Assembly (NCBI GenBank): GCA_910586025.1
Contig: CAJUIO010000002.1
Span: 5,951-69,950 of the forward strand
DNA: 64,000 nucleotides
From: an uncultured Lachnospiraceae bacterium
GTDB taxonomy: Bacteria > Bacillota > Clostridia > Lachnospirales > Lachnospiraceae
Reading direction: 5' to 3'
The notes under the pieces are model-generated. The model saw only the letters and a program-made list of their open reading frames with translations. It ran no database searches and had not been told where the DNA came from. Position numbers and translations under genes: made by a program. Of the stretch, positions 20,182-27,894 are shown one piece after another (position 1 is the stretch's first letter; each line of letters begins with the position of its first letter).

Positions 20182-20448
20182 ATGCATGAATTTGATGATG
20201 CTGTATTGAGGTGCTTTTTGAAAAATCAGGGAAAGCTGTTTCCGGAGGAGGATGTGGTTTCCTCGCTGGAAGAGGCGGAGAATTTTCTGGAAGAGTGCTT
20301 TGCAGTCGTTGTTAATTCTGTAGACGAAGTATGGGATTACTTCGAGGAGGAAGGCATAGATATGGAAGGCATGGAGGGCGATGATATCCTGGAGGCTGAT
20401 GAAGTGTTTGACGTGGGTGATGGAAGATATCTGATCGTGGAAGGATAA
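20182..20448 (+). CDS. Small highly acidic hypothetical protein (88 aa)
   Basis: Strong SD AAGGAGG, downstream terminator; 28 of 88 residues D/E. Confidence 0.8.
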   Translation: MHEFDDAVLRCFLKNQGKLFPEEDVVSSLEEAENFLEECFAVVVNSVDEVWDYFEEEGIDMEGMEGDDILEADEVFDVGDGRYLIVEG

Positions 20449-20454
20449 TAGAAT

Positions 20455-20493
20455 AAAAAAAGGGCTGTCTTTCATTGATAGACAGCTTTTTTT
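20455..20493 (+). terminator. Intrinsic terminator after acidic protein gene
   Basis: A tract-GGGCTGTCT...AGACAGC-TTTTTTT. Confidence 0.75.
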
Positions 20494-20503
20494 CTGTTAT
20501 ACT
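20475..20503 (+). promoter_or_regulatory. SigA-type promoter for dGTPase-like gene, embedded in the terminator
   Basis: TTGATA-17 nt-TATACT with extended TG. Confidence 0.6.
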
Positions 20504-20559
20504 CTTTTATATTGACGCTGTAATCTGTGCAAGACAACAGAGCATGAAGGAGGAGATTC

Positions 20560-21771
20560 ATGCCAAAATACGATAATTTATCAGAAGAACTGCAGGAGAG
20601 GATCCGGGAGGACAGGAAAAAGCACTGGGTAAACCCCTTCGCCTTCCGGGACGAGGACGTGGTCCGGAGGAAGATGAACCATGACAGGGCCAATCTCTGG
20701 CGTCCTGCCTTTGTGAGAGATTCCGAGAAGATCATGCATATTCCGTACTATAACAGATATGCGGACAAGACTCAGGTTTTTTCCTTATATAAGAACGACG
20801 ATATTTCGCGCCGATCCCAGCATGTTCAGCTGGTGTCGAGGATTGCCAGAAATATCGGAGGCGTTCTTGGTCTGAACACGGATCTGATCGAGGCCATCGC
20901 CCTGGGACATGACATCGGGCACACGCCCTTTGGCCATGCGGGGGAGCGGATGCTGGGAGAGCTGTATTTTGAGAGCACGGGCAGATATTTTAATCATAAT
21001 ATCCACAGCGCCAGGGTTCTTGACACCATTTTCCCGCTGAATCTGAGCGTGCAGACGCTGGACGGGATTATCTGTCACAACGGGGAGCTGGAGCTTAAGG
21101 AATACCGTCCTGTGAAATATTCGGATTTTCCGTCCTTCGATAAAAAGATGAGCGACTGCTACATCCGCAGGGGCGCGGTGAAGGAACTGATTCCCGCCAC
21201 TTTGGAGGGCTGTGTGGTCAGAGTGTCGGACATCATCGCCTATCTCGGGAAGGACAGGCAGGATGCCATAAAGCTGGGGCTGTACGAGGAGACTTCTTCC
21301 GGTACCGGCCAGAGTATAGGAAGCACCAATGCGGAGATCATTAATAACATGACGGTCAATATCCTTGAGAACAGCTACGGCAGAGATTACCTCAGGATGG
21401 ACGACGAGTATTTCCAGGCCTTTAAGGGCGGCAAGAAGGAAAACTACGAGAGAATCTATGGGAACCGGAAGCTGGAGGAGGTGTATCATAAGCAGATCCA
21501 TCCCATGTTTGAGCTGGTTTACCGAAGGCTTCTCGGGGAGATGAAGGCGCATGACAGAAATTCCGTGATCTACACGCATCATATCAACTATATTAAGGGC
21601 CTTACGCGGTACTACTCCGATTTCCCCTATGAGGAATGTAAGGCGGAGGATATCGTGGTGGATTATATGGCCAGCATGACGGACGACTATTTTGTGGATC
21701 TGTATCATTATTTTTTCCCGAAAGGGGAATATAAAGTGAGCTATACCGGTTATTTTGACCGGAGACAGTAA
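20560..21771 (+). CDS. HD-domain deoxyguanosinetriphosphate triphosphohydrolase-like protein
   Basis: FVRD, KTQVF, R..H, HDIGHTPFGHAGE, DYMASMTDDY. Confidence 0.88.
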   Translation: MPKYDNLSEELQERIREDRKKHWVNPFAFRDEDVVRRKMNHDRANLWRPAFVRDSEKIMHIPYYNRYADKTQVFSLYKNDDISRRSQHVQLVSRIARNIGGVLGLNTDLIEAIALGHDIGHTPFGHAGERMLGELYFESTGRYFNHNIHSARVLDTIFPLNLSVQTLDGIICHNGELELKEYRPVKYSDFPSFDKKMSDCYIRRGAVKELIPATLEGCVVRVSDIIAYLGKDRQDAIKLGLYEETSSGTGQSIGSTNAEIINNMTVNILENSYGRDYLRMDDEYFQAFKGGKKENYERIYGNRKLEEVYHKQIHPMFELVYRRLLGEMKAHDRNSVIYTHHINYIKGLTRYYSDFPYEECKAEDIVVDYMASMTDDYFVDLYHYFFPKGEYKVSYTGYFDRRQ

Positions 21772-21834
21772 GAAGGAACAAATTTGTGCCTGCGGCCCGA
21801 AGTCTGCAGGCATCGAAAGGGTATGGTTATTAAG

Positions 21835-23148
21835 ATGAACATTATATTATTATCGGGAGGCAGCGGAAAGCGGCTGTGGCCTCTGTCAAACGATATCCGG
21901 TCCAAGCAGTTTATCAAGATTTTCAAGAAGCAGGACGGTGAGTTTGAATCCATGGTGCAGCGGGTGTACAGTCAGATCCGGGAGGTGGATCCCGGAGCCA
22001 CTGTCACCATTGCCACCTCCAAATCCCAGGTTTCGTCTATCCACAACCAGCTCGGCGAGGAGGCCAGCGTGTGCGTGGAGCCCTGCAGGAGAGATACCTT
22101 TCCCGCCATCGCCCTTGCAAGCGCTTATCTGCGGGATGTGCTGGGAATCGGGGAGGAGGAGCCGGTGGTGGTCTGCCCGGTGGATCCTTATGTGGAGCGC
22201 GACTATTTCGAGGCGGTAAAGAAGCTCTCGGATCTGGCGGCAAAGGGCGAGTCCAATCTGGCGCTTTTGGGAATGGAGCCCACCTATCCCAGCGAAAAAT
22301 ACGGTTATGTGATTCCGGAGGAAAAAAGCGAGGTGAGCCGGGTGGTCACCTTCAGGGAGAAGCCGGACGTGAGCACGGCGCAGGAGTATATCAGACAGGG
22401 AGCGCTGTGGAACGGCGGCGTTTTTGCCTACCGGCTGGGATATATGCTCTTAAAGGCCGCCGAGCTCATTGATTTTACGGATTATCAGGATCTGCTCTCC
22501 AGGTATGATTCTCTGACCAGGATCAGCTTTGACTATGCGGTGGCGGAGAAGGAGAGCGATATCCAGGTTATGCGTTTTCAGGGAAAATGGAAGGATCTCG
22601 GAACCTGGAACACGCTCACGGAGGCCATGGAGGATCCCTGTATCGGAAAGGCGATTCTCAACGAAAAGTGCCGCAATGTCCATGTGGTCAACGAGCTGGA
22701 TGTTCCGGTTCTTTGCATGGGGCTTAAGGACGTGGTGGTCTCGGCCAGCGCCGAGGGAATCCTGGTATCGGACAAGGAGCAGTCCAGCCATATCAAGCCC
22801 TTTGTGGACAAAATCAGCCAGCAGGTCATGTTTGCCGATAAATCCTGGGGAAGCTTTCTCGTGCTGGATGTGGAGGACGAGAGCATGACCATAAAGGTGA
22901 CCCTGAAGCAGGGGAACCGGATGAATTATCACAGTCATGAGAGACGGGACGAGGTGTGGACGGTGATTTCCGGCTGCGGACAGGCCATACTTGACGGGAA
23001 AGAGCAGGTGATCCGGGCGGGAGACGTGGTGCGGATGAACGCCGGCTGCAGACATACGGTGATCGCCAGGACGGAGCTTCGCCTGATCGAGGTTCAGCTT
23101 GGAAGGGATATCAATGTCCACGATAAGATAAAATATGACATGCCCTGA
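21835..23148 (+). CDS. manC: Mannose-1-phosphate guanylyltransferase with C-terminal cupin (PMI type II-like)
   Basis: LSGGSGKRLWPLS, KQF, EP..RDT, FREKP, WNGG, W.DLGTW, cupin SWG...H.H..R.E.W; alternative start 21823. Confidence 0.85.
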   Translation: MNIILLSGGSGKRLWPLSNDIRSKQFIKIFKKQDGEFESMVQRVYSQIREVDPGATVTIATSKSQVSSIHNQLGEEASVCVEPCRRDTFPAIALASAYLRDVLGIGEEEPVVVCPVDPYVERDYFEAVKKLSDLAAKGESNLALLGMEPTYPSEKYGYVIPEEKSEVSRVVTFREKPDVSTAQEYIRQGALWNGGVFAYRLGYMLLKAAELIDFTDYQDLLSRYDSLTRISFDYAVAEKESDIQVMRFQGKWKDLGTWNTLTEAMEDPCIGKAILNEKCRNVHVVNELDVPVLCMGLKDVVVSASAEGILVSDKEQSSHIKPFVDKISQQVMFADKSWGSFLVLDVEDESMTIKVTLKQGNRMNYHSHERRDEVWTVISGCGQAILDGKEQVIRAGDVVRMNAGCRHTVIARTELRLIEVQLGRDINVHDKIKYDMP

Positions 23149-23178
23149 CAGTCAGGGGAAGAAAGGTGAGAGAAGAAA

Positions 23179-24489
23179 ATGAAGATAACAGTGGCAGGAA
23201 CCGGTTATGTGGGACTGGTGGCAGGTGTCTGCTTTGCGGAGCAGGGCTATGACGTTACCTGTGTGGATGTGGATGAAGAGAAAATCGAGATGATGCGTCA
23301 GGGGATTTCTCCTATTTACGAGGATGGGCTGGAGGAGCTGATGCAGAAAAACAATGCCAGAGGGACTCTGCATTTTACCACGGATTATGCGGATGCGTAC
23401 CGGGATGCGGACGCTATTTTTATCGGAGTGGGAACACCGGAGATGCCGGACGGAAGCGCCAACCTGAACTATATCGCAACGGTGTCAAGGCAGATTGCGG
23501 AGTCGGTGGAGAAGGACTGTCTCGTGGTGGTGAAGTCCACGGTTCCTGTGGGAACAAATGACAAGGTTGAGCAGTTTATCCGGGATTTCCTGGTGCACGA
23601 CGTGAAGGTGGAGGTGGCCTCCAATCCGGAATTCCTGGCCCAGGGAACGGCGGTTCACGACACCCTTCATGCGGCAAGGATCATTATCGGCACCGAGAGC
23701 GTCAAGGCGGAGGAGCTACTTAAGAAGATCTACGAGCCTTTCGGACTTCCTATCGTTTCCGTGAAGCGCCGTTCTGCCGAGATGATCAAATATGCCTGCA
23801 ATGACTTTCTCGCACTGAAGATTTCTTATATGAACGATATCGCAAACCTCTGCGAGCTGGTAGGGGCGGACATCACGGACGTGGCCAGGGGCATGTGCTA
23901 CGATGAGAGGATCGGATCGAGATTTCTGAATGCGGGAATCGGTTTTGGCGGAAGCTGTTTTCCCAAGGATACCAAGGCGCTGAAATTCCTGGCGAGGGAG
24001 CACGGATATGAGCTGCGTACCGTGGAGGCCTGCGTGGCGGTGAACACCGACCAGAAGACAAGGCTGTTTGAGAAGGCGAAGGAGAGGATGATCTCCTTTA
24101 ACGGGCTGAAGGCGGCGGTTCTCGGGCTTACCTTCAAGGCGGGAACGGACGATCTTAGGGAGGCACCCTCCATCGACAATATCAGGCTTCTTCTTGCGGG
24201 AGGGGCCAATATCTACGCCTTTGATCCCAAGGGGGAGGAGAGGGCGAGAATGCTTTTCCCGGAAGGGGCTCTGGATAAGGGAACCATGAACTATGTGTCC
24301 TCTCCCGGCGAGGCTCTCAGGGGGGCCAATATCTGCTTTGTGTTTACGGAGTGGAAGGAGATGAAGGAGCTTACACCGCAGACCTTTAAGGAAAAGATGC
24401 ACACACCGCTGGTCTACGACGGAAGGAATCTGTATTCTCCGGAGGAAATGAAAAAGGCCGGCGTGGAGTATCACAGTATCGGCAGATAA
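23179..24489 (+). CDS. ugd: UDP-glucose/GDP-mannose dehydrogenase family protein
   Basis: GTGYVG, VKSTVPVGT, NPEFL, GFGGSCFPKD, TDDLRE, DGRN. Confidence 0.92.
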   Translation: MKITVAGTGYVGLVAGVCFAEQGYDVTCVDVDEEKIEMMRQGISPIYEDGLEELMQKNNARGTLHFTTDYADAYRDADAIFIGVGTPEMPDGSANLNYIATVSRQIAESVEKDCLVVVKSTVPVGTNDKVEQFIRDFLVHDVKVEVASNPEFLAQGTAVHDTLHAARIIIGTESVKAEELLKKIYEPFGLPIVSVKRRSAEMIKYACNDFLALKISYMNDIANLCELVGADITDVARGMCYDERIGSRFLNAGIGFGGSCFPKDTKALKFLAREHGYELRTVEACVAVNTDQKTRLFEKAKERMISFNGLKAAVLGLTFKAGTDDLREAPSIDNIRLLLAGGANIYAFDPKGEERARMLFPEGALDKGTMNYVSSPGEALRGANICFVFTEWKEMKELTPQTFKEKMHTPLVYDGRNLYSPEEMKKAGVEYHSIGR

Positions 24490-24510
24490 GCCTGGAAGGA
24501 GAAGGGACAG

Positions 24511-25467
24511 ATGGAAGTAAAGAGAGAGGAAACTCCGGAAGAAAAAAAAGCGGATCGGAACAGAATCCTGATCTTTCTCGGGATCACCTTTGCGGTCACC
24601 TATGCCGTGGAGATACTCATGGTGGCGCCTCTTGTGGGAAGCAGTGACGTAAACGAGGCGATGATGGCGCAGAAGCTTGTGGCGGGCATCATGTTTATGC
24701 CGGCCTTCGGGGCGCTTATCACCAGATTTGTCACCAAAGAGGGCTTTGCGGGAAGAAATCTGTATATTACGATCAATCTCAAGGGACATCTGAGATATTA
24801 CGGAATTGTCTGGCCTTTGTTCGGAGGCCTGATCATCCTGGGAGCGGCCCTGTATTTCATGCTCTTTCCCGGATGCTATGACGGGAGCCTTGGCTATGCC
24901 CAGGCCGCGTTCAATGCGGTGGCGGCAGAGCCCTATTCGGCCGAACAGGTCAGACAGATTGTCATGAACCAGACCATAATGGGATTTCTCATGGCACCCT
25001 TTGTCAATCTGGTGAACTGCTTCGGGGAGGAGTGGGGATGGAGGGGATATCTGCTTCCCAAGCTCCTTGGGCGGTTTAAGGTGGTTCCCGCGGTGCTCTT
25101 AAACGGACTGATCTGGGGACTGTGGCATGCTCCGCTGATTGCGCTTGGACATAATTACGGAATCGGGTATCCGGGGTTCCCGGTTGTGGGAATTCTGGCA
25201 ATGTGCGTGTTCTGTGTGGTGATGGGAACCATACTGTGCTATGTGACGATAAAGACGAGAAGCTGCATTCCGGCAGTCATGGGACACGGCATGATAAACG
25301 GATTCTCCACGGTGGGCGTTCTTTTTACCTCCATGGAGCATCCCTTCAACGTTTTCCTTGGCCCCACGCCCGTGGGACTGATAGGAGGAGCCGGGTTTAT
25401 CGCGCTTGCGGCCTTTTTGATGTGGAGACTTTATAAGGAAGAAAAAAACTCCTTGCTTTTTTCCTGA
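24511..25467 (+). CDS. CPBP-family intramembrane glutamic endopeptidase
   Basis: Multiple TM helices; GEEWGWRG, WGLWH, HGMIN motifs. Confidence 0.9.
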   Translation: MEVKREETPEEKKADRNRILIFLGITFAVTYAVEILMVAPLVGSSDVNEAMMAQKLVAGIMFMPAFGALITRFVTKEGFAGRNLYITINLKGHLRYYGIVWPLFGGLIILGAALYFMLFPGCYDGSLGYAQAAFNAVAAEPYSAEQVRQIVMNQTIMGFLMAPFVNLVNCFGEEWGWRGYLLPKLLGRFKVVPAVLLNGLIWGLWHAPLIALGHNYGIGYPGFPVVGILAMCVFCVVMGTILCYVTIKTRSCIPAVMGHGMINGFSTVGVLFTSMEHPFNVFLGPTPVGLIGGAGFIALAAFLMWRLYKEEKNSLLFS

Positions 25468-25481
25468 CAGGGTGCTACAAT
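25453..25481 (+). promoter_or_regulatory. SigA-type promoter for rimP-nusA-infB operon
   Basis: TTGCTT-17 nt-TACAAT with extended TG. Confidence 0.6.
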
Positions 25482-25506
25482 ACAGAAGGATTATAGAGTG
25501 ATTACT

Positions 25507-25536
25507 AAAAGAGTGGGCTTGCAAGCCCACTCTTTT
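25507..25536 (+). promoter_or_regulatory. rimP leader hairpin / attenuator
   Basis: Perfect 30-bp palindrome AAAAGAGTGGGCTTGCAAGCCCACTCTTTT between promoter and rimP start; GAGTGGG...CCCACTC stem recalled from Firmicutes rimP leaders. Confidence 0.8.
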
Positions 25537-25557
25537 GGTTAGATAAGAGGTGAAGGA

Positions 25558-26028
25558 ATGTCAAAACGTGAAATCTATGAGGCGAAAACAGAAAAACTCC
25601 TTCTTCCGATAGCTGAGGCGAATCATGTGGAAATCTATGATATCGAATATGTGAAGGAGGGGAGTGACTGGTATCTTCGGGCCTATATCGACAAGCAGGG
25701 CGGCGTTACCATTAACGACTGCGAGGCGGTGAGCAGGGCGCTTTCCGATGCGCTGGACCAGGAGGACTTCGTGGAGGATGCCTATATTCTCGAGGTCAGC
25801 AGCCCGGGACTGGGAAGACTGCTTAAGAAGGATAAGCACTTTGCGGGGAGCCTTATGGAGAAGGTGGAGGTAAAGACCTACAGACCGGTTTTGGGAAGTA
25901 AGGAATTTGAGGGGATCCTGAAGGCCTTCGATGAGAAAACCATAACACTCCTTTTGGAGGACGGAGAGAAGGAGCTGGTATTCGCAAGAAGCGACGTTGC
26001 CGCCGTAAGGCTGGCATTTAATCCATAA
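25558..26028 (+). CDS. rimP: Ribosome maturation factor RimP
   Basis: LRAYIDK, INDC..VSR, YILEVSSPG; first gene of nusA operon. Confidence 0.96.
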   Translation: MSKREIYEAKTEKLLLPIAEANHVEIYDIEYVKEGSDWYLRAYIDKQGGVTINDCEAVSRALSDALDQEDFVEDAYILEVSSPGLGRLLKKDKHFAGSLMEKVEVKTYRPVLGSKEFEGILKAFDEKTITLLLEDGEKELVFARSDVAAVRLAFNP

Positions 26029-26081
26029 GGGAAAGGATTTGCCCGCAAAATCAAATTGGGGCGGAAAGGGATAAAGGAAAA

Positions 26082-27296
26082 ATGAACAGGGAATTAATGG
26101 AAGCACTTGATATTCTGGAGAAGGAGAAGGAGATCAGCAAGGAAACTCTTTTTGAAGCGATTGAGAATTCTTTGATCACGGCATGTAAGAATCATTTTGG
26201 CAAGTCTGACAATATTAAAGTGGAGATTGACAGGGAAAGCTGTGATTTTCTGTGCTATGCGGAGAAGGAAATCGTGGAGGAGGTGGAGGACGACTGCCTT
26301 CAGATCACCCTTGAGGACGCGGTTAAGATCAAATCTGACGCGGAGCTTGGGGAGATCATCCACGTGGAGATCAAGTCCAAGGAATTCGGACGGATCGCGA
26401 CCCAGAACGCCAAGAACGTGATACTGCAGAAGATCCGGGAGGAAGAGAGAAGCGTCATCTACAACCAGTATTTTGAGAAGGAAAAGGATGTGGTCACCGG
26501 GATTGTACAGCGTTATCTCGGAAGAAACATCAGCATTAACCTGGGCAAGGCGGACGGAATCCTGAATGAGAGCGAGCAGGTAAAGAGCGAGACCTTCAAG
26601 CCGACGGAGAGAATCAAGGTTTATATTCTCGAGGTGAAGAATACGCCAAAGGGCCCCAGAATTCTGGTGAGCCGGACCCATCCCGAGCTGGTTAAGAGAC
26701 TGTTTGAGGCGGAAGTGACGGAGATCAAGGACGGAACCGTGGAGATCATGAGCATTGCGAGGGAAGCGGGAAGCAGAACCAAGATGGCGGTCCGCTCCAT
26801 GAATCCCAATGTGGACGCGGTGGGAGCCTGCGTGGGACTGAACGGCGCCAGGGTCAATTCCATTGTGGAGGAGCTTCGGGGAGAGAAGATCGACATTATC
26901 AACTGGGATGATAACCCGGGCAACCTGATCCAGAACGCTTTATCCCCTGCCAAGATCGTGGCCGTGTTTGCGGATCCGGACGAGAAGACGGCAAAGGTGG
27001 TGGTTCCCGACTATCAGCTCTCCCTTGCAATCGGCAAGGAAGGACAGAACGCAAGGCTGGCGGCAAGGCTGACAGGCTACAAGATCGACATCAAGAGTGA
27101 GACACAGGCAAAGGATGCTCCCGGCTTCCGGTATGAGGATTATGAGGACGAATACGAGGAATATGAGGAAGGGGAGTATGAGGAGGAGTATTCCGGGGAG
27201 GAAGAGACCGGGGAATACTCCGAAGAGGAATATCGGGAGGAAGGATACGACGGAGAATACGAGGAAACGGAATTTGACAGAGAGGATCCGGAGTAG
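26082..27296 (+). CDS. nusA: Transcription termination factor NusA with acidic Tyr-rich tail
   Basis: FGRIATQNAK, S1 domain, AREAGSRTK, AIGKEGQNARLAARLTG. Confidence 0.97.
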   Translation: MNRELMEALDILEKEKEISKETLFEAIENSLITACKNHFGKSDNIKVEIDRESCDFLCYAEKEIVEEVEDDCLQITLEDAVKIKSDAELGEIIHVEIKSKEFGRIATQNAKNVILQKIREEERSVIYNQYFEKEKDVVTGIVQRYLGRNISINLGKADGILNESEQVKSETFKPTERIKVYILEVKNTPKGPRILVSRTHPELVKRLFEAEVTEIKDGTVEIMSIAREAGSRTKMAVRSMNPNVDAVGACVGLNGARVNSIVEELRGEKIDIINWDDNPGNLIQNALSPAKIVAVFADPDEKTAKVVVPDYQLSLAIGKEGQNARLAARLTGYKIDIKSETQAKDAPGFRYEDYEDEYEEYEEGEYEEEYSGEEETGEYSEEEYREEGYDGEYEETEFDREDPE

Positions 27297-27311
27297 GAAA
27301 GGAGTATCCGA

Positions 27312-27581
27312 ATGGCGAAGAAGATTCCGCTTAGACAATGTGTCGGATGCGGTGAGATGAAGAGCAAAAAGGAAATGATGCGGGTTCTGAGGACACCGGA
27401 GGATGCGGTTGTACTTGATAAGACAGGGAAAAAGAACGGAAGGGGCGCATACCTTTGCATGAGCAGGGAATGTCTTGTCATGGCGAGAAAAAACAAGGGG
27501 CTGGAAAGGTCTTTCAAGATAAGTATTCCGAGTGAGGTTTACGACAGCCTGGAAAAGGAGTTTGATGGGGAAGATGGATAA
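27312..27581 (+). CDS. ylxR: YlxR/RnpM family RNA-binding protein
   Basis: P.RQCVGC...K, GRGAYLC; operon position. Confidence 0.93.
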   Translation: MAKKIPLRQCVGCGEMKSKKEMMRVLRTPEDAVVLDKTGKKNGRGAYLCMSRECLVMARKNKGLERSFKISIPSEVYDSLEKEFDGEDG

Positions 27582-27879
27582 GGTGCTGTCACTTCTGGGA
27601 CTGTGTGCCAGAGGAGGGAATCTGGTGAGCGGAGAATTCTCTACGGAAAAAGCAGTAAAAAGCGGAAAAGCGGCGCTTGTGATCGTGGGAGCGGACGCTT
27701 CGGACAATACAAAAAAGATGTTTACCAACATGTGCGAATACCGCAGCGTACCGATTTATTTTTACTCTTCAAAGGAGGAGCTTGGAAGGGCGGTGGGTAA
27801 GGAAATGCGCTCGTCAGCGGCCGTTTTGAACAGTGGCCTGGCGAAGAGCATAATCGGACACTTGGAAAGTCAAAAATAA
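27565..27879 (+). CDS. ylxQ: L7Ae/L30e-family protein YlxQ
   Basis: LLGL..R.G.LVSG, DASDNTKK, ELGRAVGK; alternative start 27574. Confidence 0.92.
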   Translation: MGKMDKVLSLLGLCARGGNLVSGEFSTEKAVKSGKAALVIVGADASDNTKKMFTNMCEYRSVPIYFYSSKEELGRAVGKEMRSSAAVLNSGLAKSIIGHLESQK

Positions 27880-27894
27880 GGCGGAGGTAATGGA

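Noticed and set aside
20150..20209. Short upstream ORF MIYLPLRRNKVCMNLMMLY overlapping the acidic gene start
   Set aside because: SD-to-ATG spacing is only 2 nt and it lies at the predicted TSS; no support.
20560..21771. dGTPase as an anti-phage nucleotide-depletion system
   Set aside because: Housekeeping neighbourhood with no defence or mobile genes; cannot be supported from sequence alone.
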